A DNA stretch of 64,000 nucleotides, taken from NCBI GenBank assembly GCA_964057225.1, contig OZ059898.1, positions 8,184,001-8,248,000 of the forward strand, given 5' to 3'. This DNA is from Auanema rhodensis. Taxonomy: Eukaryota; Animalia; Nematoda. The notes under the pieces are model-generated. The model had not been told where the DNA came from, ran no database searches, and was given only the letters and a program-made list of their open reading frames with translations. How positions within the stretch are numbered: position 1 is the first letter of the stretch; the number at the start of each line of letters is the position of its first letter. The position numbers and the translations under genes are program-made. This document shows positions 1 to 11,909 of this stretch, piece after piece.

Positions 1-1307
1 TGGCTATTTTGTTGTTAAAAGTCTTATGGTCCACATGAGGATAGAACGTTGTGATTATATAATGGCTCGACTCTGCTCCTCACATTTTTTCTTCTCTTAT
101 TTTTCATTTTTCTGCTTCTCATACTTTTGATCTTACCTTTCCTTCACTGTTATTATTTACTATTATTTCAACCATTGACCTGTCTCGTTATTTCGCCTTC
201 TTTTTCTCTCTATCGCTCTTTTTTTCTTTTTCTTTTTCTCTCTTTCTGTTTCTCCCTCTCTTTCTTATTTTTTTCTGTTTCTCTCTTTTTTTCTGTTTCT
301 CTATTTCCTCTCTCTATCTTGTGATACGATATTGTTTCATAATGAAGATAACTGAGCGAATACTACTTCATTCCCAATGTTCTTTTATATCTTAGCAGTC
401 TTCCGTGATCATGCTAAATTATTCAGAACATTCTATTTGAAGACCGCAATTCAGATTCTCATGATTTTCCCTATTGAGTTTTTAGACCAGGCTCATTTTT
501 CTACGTCAATTATTATACAGATCAGTTTTTTCCAATGAGCTCCTTCCTGCTCAGTTATAGTTCAGACTTTGGTCTTCATTCAACTGGTTGGCCTAAAATA
601 CACTCTAAATATGTAGAAAAGTAAGATTCATTTCTTAGTATTACTTTTAACTTGCAGGCTTGAAGCCAAATCCTCCTAGCTTGGAATTTCAACTAAGTTT
701 ACACTTAGATCTCTCAATTCTGTCATTTTGAGCTTATTTTAGAATTAGCCTGACTTAAGGTTTAAGCAATTCTTGGGTATTTCATCATATCTTGCAAGGT
801 TTCTTATGTAATTCCCTATTATTTTTTTTTGTCGAATTCAATATCCAAACCAATTGATCATATATCTAAAGTACCTTTCCATATGATGATGGATGCCTAT
901 GATTCTACGACGAAACAAATCTAGAATTCATATCTTTCATGAAAGACTTGATGTGTAATTCTATCTTGTGTAGTATAGTTTTGCTCTTCGTCTTTTTTTG
1001 GTAATATAACTTTCTTTCTCATCATATTATCGATATTCATAAAGAGCACAAGGTGAGGGAGGTGGATTAAATTAATCCTTATATTTTCTTTTACAAAACA
1101 CTACAAACAATACTGGCTTATCTAGCGATCAGTACTTGCTGAGGTGACACCTATCTATCTCATCTATATATGCTTCAACGAATATGCATAAATTGCTTCC
1201 AGATATTATTTTTCTTTGACCACATGTACACAATTTTAGCAAATTGTCCACGAATTTCACACTGCTCCTTTCTCACGTTGGATGCTCCAAGCGCTTGCAT
1301 ATTCTTA

Positions 1308-1324
1308 CTCTCTCCCTCTCTCTC

Positions 1325-1395
<71 letters not shown>
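1308..1395. repeat. (CT)n microsatellite
   Basis: Long near-perfect CT dinucleotide run; source of the spurious SLSLSL ORFs in the track. Confidence 0.95.
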
Positions 1396-1397
<2 letters not shown>

Positions 1398-2765
1398 TTC
1401 TCTTTTCGTTCTTCATATATTTTCCAGTCTCCCTCTCCATTTTTTTAACATTTTTTTTGTCGTTTCATTTTTCTTCTTTCAAAAATAAGTTGTCCATGAC
1501 GGTTACTACGAATCTATCATAGAGCGTTATGCTTCTTAATCATGAGCTATATGTTTTGATCCCTTTAATCAAGCTATTTGCGTTGTATATCATCGGCTTG
1601 CATAGGCGACTCACCCTTCGTTATTATTTTTCTGTGTTTTACGACTATCTTTATTTGTTCTACTCATATATTTCATTATTTCATCTGTCTATTATTTCCT
1701 ATTCCTCATTACATTGTGCTAGGGTCCAGTTATTGATGAAAGTATGAATCTTCCTTTTTACCTCTTCCGAAAATTTTTGTGGCTTTTTAGTGTGTTAATT
1801 TTCATAGAAATTCTGAAGGTTCATAGTAGTTTTTGTTTATAGTGTGTGAACCTTGAAAAAAAGGTTTTGTTTTAATGATAGAACAAAGTTTTGCCACCTG
1901 TCGTTATTATATCTGAAGTAGGTAATATTGCCTCAAACGTTCTTCAACGAAGCTTGAAAATTACTAGCTTCGGAACTTTTAAGAGCTGCTTTGATTGATC
2001 TTTATTCCCTAGCTTTCTATTCTTTTTCTTCGTTTATCTCACACGTTTTCTGTGTCATTTGTCTGTTCACCCTTGTTTCTAGTGCTAGAACAAGCCGTGT
2101 CGAAGTAGCAATTCAGCTTTCCATTTCTTCCTTTCCTTCTTTTGGTTCAACTCATAGATGAAGAAGACGACGAAGAAGAGCTGACTAATATGTATGTGCA
2201 TAGCTGGAGAGAAAGAGACCAGGAGGAGAAAAGAGTCACCCGGAAAGGCGAGAGCCTTTAGATAGATGGAGACGGAGAGCGTCAGGGAATTTGGCGCGGG
2301 ATAGCATGTCCATATATGTAGATGACTATGTCTTTCAAACTTGAAGAAAAACTAGAAATCGGCAATAGTAGGCTTAGTTAAAATACTATGGCTATGCTGA
2401 GCCGTTCATTTTTCGAAATATCATTGAATTCCGCTACTTCAATTATAAACTAATTGTTGGAATGTTTATTCGATTAACGTCGAAATGAATGGTATCAATA
2501 AGATTTTACCTAGATTTATGAAGAAGCCGGGTGTGACGGACTCAATGTTTACCAAGAAAAAAGTGATAAGCTTCGGTCATTCTTTTTTCGCATATTATAA
2601 GGTTTAAGATCAGTTGTTGCCCCAATTGTTTAAATTAATAGTTTGGGGGAAAAAGAAGAAGAACTTTTTCAGCTATAGCGTTAAGTTTTAAAATATTGCA
2701 TGGTATGCGCAGTTACTTACCGATACATAGATGCATGCACACATACGGCTATCGCAGCCTCTCCG

Positions 2766-2837
2766 GCAGGCCGAGGCCCCCAAGCCGGGGATCGATTAAT
2801 CAATAGAGCGAGAAACTTGGCTGGGCTCTCGGCCTGC
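2766..2837. other. GC-rich imperfect hairpin, candidate structured RNA
   Basis: GCAGGCCGAG/CTCGGCCTGC (10 bp), GCCC/GGGC and CCAAG/CTTGG arms around a ~31 nt loop, followed by TTTT on +. Confidence 0.45.
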
Positions 2838-5800
2838 TTTTCGTCAACGTTCTCCGAGGTTCCGTCATATTTTATTCACTATTCATAGACTTCTTTTAGT
2901 TATACTGTGTTTAGTCTATTCAGTACGCCTTTGATTCTTCTTTTCCATAGCTCGAGCTAAATCGCATATCGATTTTGAGCTTTCTTCTTGGTATTCGAAA
3001 TAATAACATTCATGCCATTCAATTTATGTCTACTCTCTGTGCAGATTTTACATTTAGAGTTTATTCGCCTTTTAAATATTTCCGTGCTCTTCACAAATTT
3101 AAAGATTTTAGCGCGGATGTTAAATCCGTCACGCACATAAAAAGCAAGTTCCAGCCGCCTGTTCAGCTATGAGATTGTGTGGAACAAAAAGTTCGCTTTG
3201 ATAGTGATATTAACTATTTTAATGTGAAAGAGTGTCCTTTCTTTATGACAAAACTCATTTAATTTTTTTGTTCTTTTTTTTATATCCGGGGGTTAGGGTG
3301 CCATTTGAAGTCGTGAATGGTTTTGTATTACAAACAAGAAGAAATATTATGTTTTCCTTTTCAAGTTTTGCTCATCGTTATGCTAAGGCCAATTGAACAG
3401 AAAGTAAAAAATGACTCTTTTTGAAGTATGACAGCAAATGGCAAGTCTTAGGGTGGATGATGGACTCACTATGTCGTTGCTAATCGAAGGAAAATACAAC
3501 GTGCCCCGAGAATTGAGTTACTATAGTGTTTAACGATCTTTACATTATTTCTTTAGTTGAGTTATTATGACAGTATTTTTATTTTTAAAGTTTAAAAGAA
3601 TCAAAAAATTATATCATCCGTTTAGTTGTCTCTACTTAAACTTTGTTTAATGGGTGGTCTAACTCCAAATTAAACAATTTAATCGTATTCATTTCCCTAA
3701 TTAAGCTTGTTAGTGATTGTGGACCTTCTATCCTCAGTTTAATAGAAGGCAAAATTAATGATGCAATATGTTTTGCAAATACAATCAACAAAAATGGAAC
3801 TAATTTACGATTCTTGTATGTTCATGTAGCTTAGAAGGTGAAGTATTCTTGAGAACTGCTTGAATAGTTCTTTTAGAAGTTTATCGTCTTCTGACTAGTT
3901 GCATTATTTACACGTCCTGACTTGGTGGCTGCTTTGACTACAAGCGGAATCAGATATTCCACTCGAAAATAAAGGAGATTTGGCTTCTCTTTCTTTCATC
4001 ATACCTGTAACCTCGACATCTACCTCGATATATTTTCTATCGTTCATGCATTCTTGACATTTTGTCAGTTCTTTAGCGAAAATCAACAAATTCGTTTTTG
4101 ATTTTGCTACTACCGCTTCTACTTCATCTGTTGTTTCGTTCACTCGCTTCGTCGACTTTTTCGTATCTACTTCTCTCATATCTGGCTTCTTTTCATGTCT
4201 CTATGCTCATCTTTCGTTGTTTTTCATATTTTCTTCAATGTGGGTGGTAGGTCTGTTGTTGGCCACACTATCGTGAAAGTAACATTATGTAAACTTTACA
4301 ACGAGAAAATCTTTTTCGGCTCTGTTAAATATCTGCTCTTTGCTTCGTTTTTGTGAATTTTTGAAATGAGCTTTCTTACTCTACCACCCTCCAAGTAAGG
4401 GGAAACAATTAGAAAGTCTTTTCATCGTTCATTGATTGACATCCGACCACTCGCTTTTCGTGCTGATCATGGCCTACAAGTCTTCACGAGAGTTATTCCG
4501 TTCATTGTTCTCTGAAAAGCTATTCCTTTATAATTTATAATTCTTTACAAGTTTTTTTTTACAATAAAAGGTTCTTTCATAAAGGTGTGATCACTGCAAA
4601 CTATACTTCGTCACCTATTTCTGACCATGTACTTAACCCACCTATTTGTTATGCTTGTAATGTTTTTTATGGCATTCTGCCTATTTTCTGAACTGACTTC
4701 CATATAGTGACTCTACTAATCTTTTATTGTTGTTCTTTCAAAATGTTTTTTTGACAAACAAACAAGTTTGAGCTATTTCCACTGTCAGTCTATATCAGGA
4801 AAAGCGCTGTAGGTTTGCCAGCCGTAGTTGTCGTCTTCAGTATTTTCCACACCCTTTTCTTATTTTATAAGTTTTCTTTTTTTTTCTCACACATACACAG
4901 ACTTCTGATTGCCGTTGTTTGTTTTCCGTACTACTATAATTTTTCATTATGGTATTGTTTTATTTTTAGAATTAATTCTTCGTATTTAATCATTTTTATT
5001 ATTTTATTATACATATCTGACCTCATCTTCAAAACAATTTTGAATATATGAGTTTAGAGATTCATTCTCGCTCATTCTTTTGAGATACGTTATGTTTTAG
5101 AAACTCTTTAAAAACTTTATCTCTGATCCCAAATAGAATATATTTTTATTTGATATTTATCTGATATGATTTTCCTTCTCCTTCTCCTTCTCCTTCGACT
5201 AAGATTTATTTTTATTATCGGTTTGACGATTTTGTCCATACAACAGTCTGTTTTCCACGCATTTTGTCACATTTTTTTGTATATGGCTCAATACTCGTAG
5301 AATAGAAAAGCCTGTTTTTAGTTTCTTTTTTTACTAGAATTTTTTGAATAGGCATGATGTTAAACAGAGAGATGAGCGACAAAATAATTACTTATTAGTT
5401 GTTGCCGTTCTGCAATCTTTTTTCACCTGCACACCTTGACTTTTGAAATGGTGTGCCTGATAATTCCAGTTTTTCAAGAATATATACATAATTATATGTT
5501 TATATTTATCATATATTTAACTTGTTATTAATATAACACTTTATCTTACAACTTCATACTTTTTAGTCACTTTTTTTTAATATTGAACCTTTTTCTACCT
5601 ATGTTCAATATCACCTCTATAATACTATCAAGTTTCGTATCTTCAACAACAGTGCTGTTTCCGTCCTTTCAATGTAGAAATCATACAATTATTACTTTAT
5701 ATCCTGTTACTATTGAAAATGGAGGCAATGACTTAAGGACACAGGCATTATTATTTTGAACAGCCAAAAAATTTGCAATTTAATTTCGCACGAGTCGTGC

Positions 5801-8074
5801 TACCACTGTTATTACTACCCTGCTCGCTTTATCTTGACAGTTTTTCCTACAAATTTGTCATTTATTTTTTTGCACCTGTTAATTTATCCGTCAAGCGAAC
5901 TTTATCGTTTGAAAAAGGTATATTTACTTTCTCCACTTGAAAATTGCTGAGAATATATCTGATGCATACTTTTTGTATTAGAAACTGTTTCAATTTGTTA
6001 TATCTGCACGGTATACTGTCCGAGAGGCTTCTCAGCAATCCTATGTTTTTGGTTGCTTTAGGCTGTTTTTGGAAGCACTCAGAGAAAAGATGATGGGGGG
6101 AAAAGAGGGTAGAGAAAAATAGAGAAAAGAGGAGGCAGTTTGGCAGGCGAGCAGTGGCCTTCTTTGGCAGCTCGATTAGCCCAGCACTTGGCTCAACAAC
6201 GACGAAGAGTCTAGCATCTGCTAGAACCGCTTAGCTCGGGCTGAGCTCATCCGATTTCCGTTTCTTCAGCTGCCCAAAACCTATTGTCTTGACCTGGCTC
6301 ACTATTTTCTGGTTTTAAAACTGACCAAACTACAGCGCTAACTACCATCGTGCTGCTCTCTAATATATCAGATAAGTGTTCTTCGTATGAATAACAAGGG
6401 TGGTATTTTCAAAAGAATTTTTTTTTCTGTTGATTATCACGCACTTGTCTCTCAGTCAGAAAATTGTTCAGTGTGTATACATTCCTTCCTAGACTTGGTT
6501 TAAGAACAGAAAAAAACGTTGCCTACTATACGTTCATATCTATATTTATAGTAGGCAAAATATATACATTTCTTATCGGGGAACCTTTTGTTCAGACCTG
6601 ATAATTTGAAGTTATCCAGCTGCGAAGCCTCATGTTGCAGTCGAATCCATGCCGAGGGCCTCTATTCTGGGCGTCTGTTAGAGCCGTATATCTGCCGGAG
6701 TCCGCTGCAGCCGGAGTCCACTGAAACTTTCCCTCGGGACTTTTAAGAGAAACAGGGAGGGATAGAGGAAAGGGAAAAGCTTGCAATGTGGAGAAAACGG
6801 GAAAGATGAAGCTAAGGCAATGGCACGAGACGAAAACGAAATGCAGCAGTTCAAATATGCAAAGTCTCATTTTTGCTTTAGTTTTATGTTTTGGCTTTCA
6901 AAGCATTTATTCTCAATGCTATTTTGCAGTTTCTTGAAATACTCTTGAAATGAAGATACTGCGCTTTGTAGAAATATTTGTAATATTACGTGCGATGCGT
7001 GATTATGATCGTCATACGCTTACATCACTTATTTGACCTGTGAAAATAAAACCGGTTGTATTCGATGTGAGTTGCATTTCTTCTTAAAAAACGAAGTAAT
7101 ACGTTTTTCGCTGTTTATGTTTAGCTTGGCCTATTTCATTCGGACAGCTTCACATGGCGATATGTTTTGTGCTTGTGCTAGCTTTTGTTCTGAATATCGG
7201 CAGTTTTTGTCTATCCATGCTTTCCTAATTTGTCTTTCCGCTCTCTTTCGGTATTTTTCCGCCTTCCCATTTCGGTCTCCACCTTTTTTTCGTGCTGTTG
7301 CCACAGGAAAGTAGGCTAACCAGCTGTTGCAACAAACTTAAGAAGTATCGACGGAAATTTCGGAAAGTTGCCAAAGGCTGAACTTACATATAACCATTTT
7401 GCTTTTCCTGAATCTAATGAATTGCAGAACATATAAAGTTTATTAGTTTACTATTTTTTTAAGCAAGAACAAATTAATGTTTAATCGTAGTTTTTCAACA
7501 ATTCGTTCTACACGAGGACCTCCTATACCAAGTGTTGATCTTTGCTCTGGACTTACGAAGGCCTTGAGGCTATTCACGGTCCAGCATGAGTAGATTTTAA
7601 TACAGCTTAAGGCTATGCCCTTGAGGAGCTTCATTAACTTGCTTTCTACCTTATCCATTGTACTTTTCACTCGTTTTAAAGATTACTCTTCTTAGTGCTA
7701 TGTTTTCTGTTTTTTTTAGTATAATAATTAATATAGATCACAAGATAAACATTGCTAGGTTCAGTTCAATCCTGAACATCTCTTCATGTGTTCAACCTCC
7801 GTTCTTTTCTTGCTTTGACAAAGCATTCACTACGTCGTTATCCTATTGATTCATCCTTATTTTTCGTTCTCTCATTCTCTCTGAGTTGAGCATTTAGTCT
7901 TCAAGTTTGTTGTCACCTTTTCTCTCAGACAAGTCTCATCTCTGGCACTGGCTTGGTATTTCCCTGCTGTCTCTGCTCGTCTTTAGCTGTATCTCCTGTT
8001 CTTCTTGCATCTCATCAGACTTACAGCCTTTTCTCGCCAGCTCATCTCACGATCGGTTAGCTCCAGTTGGCTTC

Positions 8075-8105
<31 letters not shown>

Positions 8106-8784
8106 ATCTATCTCTTCCCTTTCTAATCTCTATCTAACTGCCGAGGGTCATGTTACAACGACCAAGTCTATAGCTAGGAATATAGGTTTGTCACAGGTCG
8201 ACAATTCTTTTTCGCGAGAACTTTCTGCTGATCTTTATGGATGATGTTTCACTGCATAACCATGTTCGTATTTCTTTTTTCAAACAAATTATTACCAGTA
8301 ATCAATTATATGCTTATCAGTCTCTTTCATTGTTGCTTTATCTCTGAAAGTAATATTATAGCTCTAATATCATTTGTTGCTCGAGCATACATATATGATG
8401 CCGTGATCGATTTTCATTTTTTTCTATTTGTTGCTTACAATGCCAGCAGCCTTGCGCGAGTTGGTGTTTTCCTGTAACTGCGCTATTCAACGTCTTTTGT
8501 TTTGTTTTTCTTTCTATATTTGACTATCTGTCTGTCTATATATGTTTTTATATATATATCATAAGAAAATATGCTCATTACATGTTTAGTCTCCTGTTAT
8601 TCTGTAATTTCAATGATATGTATTGAATATACATTGTTTCCTGTGAACTAAAAGTTTTAATTTTTGACTCACAGATATATTGCATTTGAATTTCGTTGAC
8701 TCAATTAATATATTTCAAAATATATCATTAAAGAATGAACATTAGTTCTTAGTCATTGGCTTGTTCTATTCTCGGGGTAGTTCT

Positions 8785-8792
8785 TGACGTCA
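8785..8792. promoter_or_regulatory. CRE palindrome TGACGTCA upstream of distal mvk first exon
   Basis: Exact TGACGTCA ~170 bp before the acceptor at 8962. Confidence 0.35.
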
Positions 8793-9024
8793 TACGTTTA
8801 CGGATCTTTCACAACGAATGTGATTTCACCCAGACATTCCACGAACCCGATTTCGGCGCAACTGTTATTACCTTGCTAAATGCCGTGTTTCTTGTTGTCA
8901 CATGATCGTCTTTCAATTGCTGTCTTTTTGTTCGATTGGCAATTATTTCGATTTTTTTTCAGGATTCGGGTAGGAGCTCGGTGACCAAGAGTCGTCGCTG
9001 TCAGAATCTTCCTTTGCACTGAGA

Positions 9025-9046
9025 ATGGTCGTCCGAGGAGACCAAG
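9025..9046 (+). CDS. mvk-1: Alternative distal first coding exon of mevalonate kinase (MVVRGDQ, phase 1)
   Basis: TTTTTTTTCAG acceptor ending 8962, ATG 9025, strong AAG|GTATGT donor; phase 1 matches the common exon at 12255. Confidence 0.6.
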
Positions 9047-10583
9047 GTATGTTTAAGTTTTCGATTGCTGCGCTTTCAATTAGTTAAATCATTGAAATGT
9101 TAGCTTTCAAAATAAGTTTAAGAGTAATAATTCTAATGCGTTCTTCCCGATTCCGCCCACAGATCTAGTTAGCTGGAACAGCCTGTATAGGCAAAATAGC
9201 CCGGAGGTGGTCCCTATCAAATTTTAGTTTGAGCAAATAAGACTCTTCCTGTATACTATTACATTACTTTCCTTCAAAGAAACTAGCAACCTCAGATTTT
9301 TCATCTCACTCGTGCATACATCACGTTTGTCGCTTCTAACGCACCATTTTTCAATGCAGTTCGGCTCTCATTCTGCACTTTTGAACATTTCTACCCTTTT
9401 CTATGTTTAGCGTCAATTTTTAGCGTTTAACACATTTTCTTTCACGGATTATGCTAATTCTGGGCCATCAGCTCAGCCAGGCAGTTGATATCTTCATTCA
9501 CAGTTTCTCTCACCCCTTAACTTTCTTTCTCTTTTTCTTTCTTTCATTCTACTTTCGCAATTTTCTTTCGACATCATCAGCAAGAGAAGCGAGAGTTCCA
9601 TCCATTCAATAAGTGTGTGAGTGTATGCTGGAGAAACCAGCTCTATTTTCGTGTCGGAACCTTCGAAGATCGGATATGCTTAGATATAATTCCACCAATT
9701 TTGAAAAAGCTGTAACATATAGTTTGCGTTATTTTGTTTTTATACTAGTATATATTCCATTTTGAAGATTTTTCTTTTTTTTCTCGATTTGAAGCTGAAA
9801 ATGGATTCAACATAAAACGGTTTTTTTTTATTGTTGGTTTTTTTATCCAGAGTCCTGAAGCAGTTTTGCCTTTCTATCTTTCTCCATCCCTCTTTCCTTA
9901 CCTTCCTCTCACTCTCTGCATTAGGCCCACATACTAATTTATAGACCTTTCATGGCTAGTGACTTTTCCCTTAGGCCAAAATGAAGCATTTGCTCAGCTG
10001 GATTTCGAGTTGTCGTGCGTCACTGGAAGAGCTGATAAGCAGCGTATTTCCTAGACATATTCGGAAAAATCGCGGCACCTTTTACGCTATGGTAATCGGA
10101 TCGCTTTTTCAATGTTTCTATTTTACTTTTCCTCTTAATAATTTTGCTGATGCAGTTGCGATTGGTCGATTTTCGTCATCGGAGCTTGATATGTTAAAAA
10201 TGATAAGTTGACAACTGATACCACTCATGATTACTTACATAAGCCGTCGTTTGTTTAAATTTTTTGAAAACAGTTTCAGACAAGAGTATATATCCAAAGT
10301 TCGATTTCAGTAGATGTTTTCTAGAACAATTGCATGATTTTAATTGCATTTGGTCTTTTCGTTCACATTTTCCGTTTCATTCCGCACTTATGTTTGTTTT
10401 ATAGAAAACTATGTAAAATTACGAATTTATTTCTTATCGTAGACTAAATCTTTGCGTTTTTCATAGCCGTCTACACTTTTATATAGCTCAGCGTCTGCAT
10501 TGCTTTACAAAATATTGTTACCTTTTTTATCGATTTGCTATCTTCTATAAGTCTCGATAAGGAACAAGTTAGGTTCTACATCA

Positions 10584-10591
10584 TGACGTCA
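10584..10591. promoter_or_regulatory. CRE palindrome TGACGTCA upstream of proximal mvk first exon
   Basis: Exact TGACGTCA between the two alternative first exons. Confidence 0.3.
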
Positions 10592-11670
10592 GCTCGCCTC
10601 CTTTTTTTAGTTTTCCGTCACTGACTTTTGCTTTCTGTCCGTGTTCGTAGTTTCAAAAGAAAATGAAGGCAGCCACTTTTCATTCTGCTGTTTTCTAACT
10701 AATATATTGTAAAGAATATTCTATTTTTCATTAACATCTTTATATGTTCTATTAATTCTTCCCCTTAGCTTATGCCTTAGCGCGATTCAATAATACTCGT
10801 CGCTCTTCTTACCATTATAGGCATATATGTTTTCGAGTCCGTCATATTTGCAGCTGTTTTATATCTTCTTCTGCTTGCAATGGCTCACTCTTGTTTAGAT
10901 CTCACCTATCTATGGAAATATTTTATATCTCATAAATATGCTTGTATAATCATCTTCTCATAGTCAAGACTCTCTTTTTTCGATTTAGTAAAATGATACT
11001 GCTAGCTCTTCCTCATAAGTCAAGAAAATAGAGAGCAATTGATATTTTCCTTCGTATTCTTCGCTGCTGAATCCCCGAGAAGAATGCAGTAGCAGTCATT
11101 TTGCCAAGGCCGGGGTAAATGTTTTTCATGATTTCTATCGTTTATTGGAGACTCAGAGAGAACGAAGTTGCCTGTGTCTCTATTGCTGCTCCTGCTTTTC
11201 ACGACGTTGTCGTCGTCAAGTGTGTAGTAGTTGCTTCCAACCTCCTCTTACTCTTTTCCTATCTACTCGTTTGTCTTTCTCTCATTCTCTTATGTAAACA
11301 GTTGCTATCATTCATCCCCTTCTTTTCTTTTGCTATCCATTACTGCAAAGACGTCCTCATTCACTCATGAACCTCGACTTTCTATGTCGTTAATATTATG
11401 TTTTTAACTGATCGTTATCGGTATTGGCATAACAGTTGTACAAACTATCCTCTCAATTAGCTGTTCGTTTTCAGGCTAATAGCGTTATTTTAGTATGTAT
11501 TCGTTTTGTGCTTTGTTGTAGCTCTGTGCTACGTTCATGAGCATCACTCATATCTATTTTTTATTTCCGTTTTTCGGTTCGTGTATATGTTTTGTCGTTT
11601 TTATCTTCATCTTCTCGAAGTAAAAGTAAGACCAGGTCCAAATATTCTGTTTATTATACTGTAGACTGTG

Positions 11671-11861
11671 ATGGCTGCTGTCGACAGTCACATGGAAGTT
11701 GATGTGCCACTAAGCATTCTCGATACCAACAATTTGACCGTTGAGACTGCGGGCTTCGTGGATGAGACAGGTATTAGTAATTCACGTCATATTTCCACCT
11801 GTGCGTGTACCTCTCTCTTTCTTTCTCTCTCTCTCTCTCTCACGCTCTCTATATCTCTCAC

Positions 11862-11909
<48 letters not shown>

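Noticed and set aside
127-1522. Hydrophobic F/L/S-rich ORFs in the track
   Set aside because: Artefacts of pyrimidine tracts and the CT microsatellite; no splice-consistent model.
3904-4179. 91-aa minus-strand ORF (MREVDTKK...)
   Set aside because: Composition is explained by the T/C-rich plus strand; no recognisable domain or linked exons.
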